64,000 nucleotides of DNA from a virus, in the IMG/VR virus record IMGVR_UViG_3300008012_000022, positions 29,369-93,368 of that record; one strand, written 5' to 3'. The position numbers and the translations under genes were made by a program. Positions 63,171 to 64,000 of the stretch are shown here, piece by piece. The notes beneath the pieces are model-generated. The model saw only the letters and a list, made by a program, of their open reading frames with translations. It made no database searches and had not been told where the DNA came from. Every line of letters starts with the position of its first letter. The stretch's first letter is position 1.

Positions 63171-63202
63171 AAAAAAAGAGCGGCAAAGTTGCCGCTCTTT
63201 TT
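63171..63202. terminator. bidirectional intrinsic terminator
   Basis: AAAAAAAGAGCGGCAA-AG-TTGCCGCTCTTTTT. Confidence 0.85.
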
Positions 63203-63264
63203 GTTTTCTTTATTACTGTGAAAGTTGTATTAATAAAAAAATCGGCGCTTATGAAAAAAAGTTC

Positions 63265-63292
63265 TTGACATTTATTGTTCCATACGTATAAT
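63265..63292 (+). promoter_or_regulatory. consensus sigma70-type promoter
   Basis: TTGACA-N16-TATAAT upstream of the ncRNA repeats. Confidence 0.8.
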
Positions 63293-63551
63293 GTCTGTGT
63301 AATCAATTCATAGAACAATGAAATCCAATTTTAGAGACAGACAACTCATTAAGATTAGCGGCGGGAAACCCGTTGATAATCGATGGGATGATAATGTCTC
63401 ACCGTTATCATAAGGCTTGATTCGGGTATTGGTGTAATCAACATATTTTTCACGGTCGGAAAAAGCTTTCAAACTCACTGATCAGAGTCACTGAAATACC
63501 CAATCAGCCAAATGGTAACAACTGTACTCACGCGAGTAACAGAACATTTTA

Positions 63552-63817
63552 AGATGCCAACAGCACATTTATTTTTCACCATTACTTAAATTGCCCGTGC
63601 CAGAAAAGCAGGGACAGCATCTAGACATTTTAAAGATACGAACAGCAAACAACTTAAACAGTTAAATTAGCTCATTGGTTGAGCATTAGTCTACGAAACT
63701 AACGAAGCTGGTTCAATTCCAGCATTTAAACAGTAAAAGTATCTTGACCTTTTTCCACGAAAGTGGTAGACACTAACAGCAACAAACTTCGACAGTTGGA
63801 CGGTAGCATGTGTCTAG
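63552..63817 (+). ncRNA. three tandem ACAGCA bracket elements
   Basis: Covarying end stems AGATGC/GCATCT, AGATAC/GTATCT, AGACAC/GTGTCT, each 5' arm followed by nAACAGCA. Confidence 0.6.
63661..63731 (+). tRNA. tRNA-Arg(ACG)-like, nested in bracket element 2
   Basis: GCTC-ATTGGTT-GAGC; TTAGT-CTACGAA-ACTAA; GCTGG-TTCAATT-CCAGC; AU-rich acceptor. Confidence 0.7.
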
Positions 63818-63849
63818 AAAATAATTATACCGACAACTGTTACCAATTT

Positions 63850-64000
63850 ATGATATACGCAACAAGAGTTTGTAAAACATGCGGTTTCCGTGGAAACATG
63901 TTTACTGATTTTCCTAAAGCGGGAGTTATTAAAGAAGTAACTTATTATCGCCATGTGTGCAACACTTGTTACTTGAAACAAAAAAACGAATATAAACAAT
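63850..64000 (+). CDS. zinc-finger protein, probably the N-terminus of another HNH endonuclease (partial)
   Basis: MIYATRVCKTCG...F...YRHVCNTC, open to the window edge. Confidence 0.65.
   Translation, partial: MIYATRVCKTCGFRGNMFTDFPKAGVIKEVTYYRHVCNTCYLKQKNEYKQ

Noticed and set aside
63424-63502. tRNA-like element GGGTATT...AATACCC with an internal TTTTC/GAAAA hairpin
   Set aside because: No recognisable T loop or canonical anticodon loop; may be a decayed tRNA but cannot be called.
63814-63999. Minus-strand 61-aa ORF from the track
   Set aside because: Antisense to a plus-strand CxxC...CxxC frame starting at 63850 that fits local transcription direction.
1-64000. CRISPR array or cas operon
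   Set aside because: No equal-length repeat-spacer array. The 195..1295 nuclease sits beside the primase and is best read as a recombination exonuclease.
1-64000. Genome-wide stop-codon reassignment suggested by the UCA tRNA
   Set aside because: Genes tile densely under code 11, including a 13.4-kb uninterrupted ORF, and TGA ends many genes at ATGA overlaps.

Overview
This window is part of a large tailed dsDNA phage genome (Caudoviricetes, probably long-tailed; roughly 38% GC by eye; standard code; many ATGA/TAATG gene overlaps). From left to right: (1) a minus-strand replication and recombination block (PD-(D/E)XK exonuclease, primase, DnaB, Vsr-like nuclease, RecA-like protein); (2) glycan and auxiliary genes (gmd, HMA lipoprotein, two methyltransferases, GT2) and class I ribonucleotide reductase; (3) a divergent intergenic region, then a plus-strand block (sigma-70-like factor, HNH-AP2, GT4 and GT9 glycosyltransferases, MazG-like protein, putative SSB and SSAP); (4) a minus-strand morphogenesis operon (portal, protease-scaffold, decoration protein, major capsid protein, neck, tail tube, chaperones, 4456-aa tape measure, tail-tip proteins); (5) a tRNA/ncRNA cluster with HNH genes. 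The strongest unusual signals are: two adjacent twin-arginine-leader mini-genes carrying a synonymously diverged copy of the capsid C-terminal peptide and terminase-like fragments (possible immune decoys); a tape measure carrying enzyme and DNA-binding domains separated by repeated PNFA-type linkers; about 50 dispersed copies of TTCGSCGC; [S/T]G enrichment in virion proteins alongside a phage glycosylation kit; a tRNA-Sec-like UCA tRNA; and three covarying ACAGCA bracket RNAs, one with a tRNA nested inside. All product calls come from motif recognition by eye; no searches were run.
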